Source of the DNA: Chiloscyllium plagiosum
Taxonomy: Eukaryota
Reading direction: 5' to 3'
DNA: 64,000 bases
Assembly: GCF_004010195.1 (NCBI RefSeq)
Contig: NC_057711.1
Coordinates: 81,076,714-81,140,713 of the forward strand
The notes below the pieces were generated by a model. That model was not told where the DNA came from, did no database searches, and worked only from the letters and a program-made list of their open reading frames with translations. The position numbers were made by a program, and so were the translations under genes. Of this stretch, positions 63,191-64,000 are shown piece by piece; position 1 is the first letter of the stretch; every line of letters starts with the position of its first letter.

Positions 63191-64000
63191 TACTCACATA
63201 AAGGTGAAAGAGATTCACAACTTATACTAACTAGAATGGAGCAGACTTTGTTGGCAAGAGGAACCTTAAATGAAATGTCACAAAATGATTTTTATATCTC
63301 CATTGATATAATGTCAACATTGTGTAGGCAAATGATAATGTTGATACAAATGGTTTTATCATATTGACAAAGGGTTCAAGTATTTGGGATCAAAAGTTAT
63401 CAGTAAGCAAGTAATGAATTCTGGTAAAACAGTTCAGATTTCAAGTCTTTTCAGAGCAGGTACGAAGCAAACCACATAAAATGTTGAAAATATTAATAAT
63501 ATATATAAATTTCACTACCACAGCCAGAAAAATAAATTTTATTTGGCAGCTTTATCATTTTAAATGCCAAATATTAATTACAACTCAGAATGTGTCATGT
63601 TGGTTTTCTCAACTGCACCTTTTTTTTGAAGAAGCACTTTAGAGAAATGGCAGTAAAAGGAGTCCCCACACATTTAATTTATAACTACTCCTCCACGTTT
63701 GAAGAAATTGGTGAAGCACAGTTGTAAACCAACTCAGAACATGAACCAAGTTAATAGTGGGAATAATGAGACTTTTGCCGATCATTGAACCTCCAAGAAG
63801 TTGGGACAGAAGTTCATCTTGACTGGTAACACAAAAGAGAATGTATGTTTGCCAGTTATATTTCCCACCACATACATAGTTCTATTTACTAAAGTAAAAC
63901 TAAATATCAAGAGTCGGTCAACCCAATAATGCTTGGTTAGTGACGACCATCAAAGATGAATTTCTATTTTGCTGTTTCTCCAAGGTGATGTCTCCACCAG

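Noticed and set aside
63960..64000. Splice-acceptor-like tttctccaag at the window end
   Set aside because: Only 16 bases follow, so it cannot be evaluated.
1..64000. CRISPR arrays, operons, rRNA or other prokaryotic systems
   Set aside because: No regularly spaced repeat-spacer array or gene-dense organisation; the sequence is vertebrate repeat-rich DNA.

Overview
This is eukaryotic, AT-rich, repeat-dense DNA with no intact protein-coding gene and one assembly gap (33958-34460). The repeat spectrum points to an elasmobranch, most likely a shark (inference): HE1-type tRNA SINEs, HER1/CR1 LINEs, L2/CR1-like LINEs and Penelope-like elements. The window reads as intronic or intergenic. The main feature is a decayed 4.65-kb endogenous retrovirus-like provirus (13789-18441) inserted into a CR1 LINE. 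It has two LTRs, a 4-bp GAAG target-site duplication (TSD), a tRNA-Ser primer-binding site and a polypurine tract. Its coding remnants are a CCHC gag, a candidate A-AAA-AAC -1 frameshift, protease, RT and the integrase C-terminus, with no RNase H, integrase core or env. That motif combination does not fit a gamma/epsilon retrovirus or a foamy virus well, so it may belong to a deep-branching, lokiretrovirus-like lineage (hypothesis). Other notable structure: about ten Penelope-derived insertions, mostly fold-backs, many with 9-13-bp TSDs and minimal hammerhead-ribozyme cores; a 246-bp inverted repeat pair with an 88-bp identical core; and a candidate microexon. All alignments and translations were done by eye, and boundaries of old elements are approximate.
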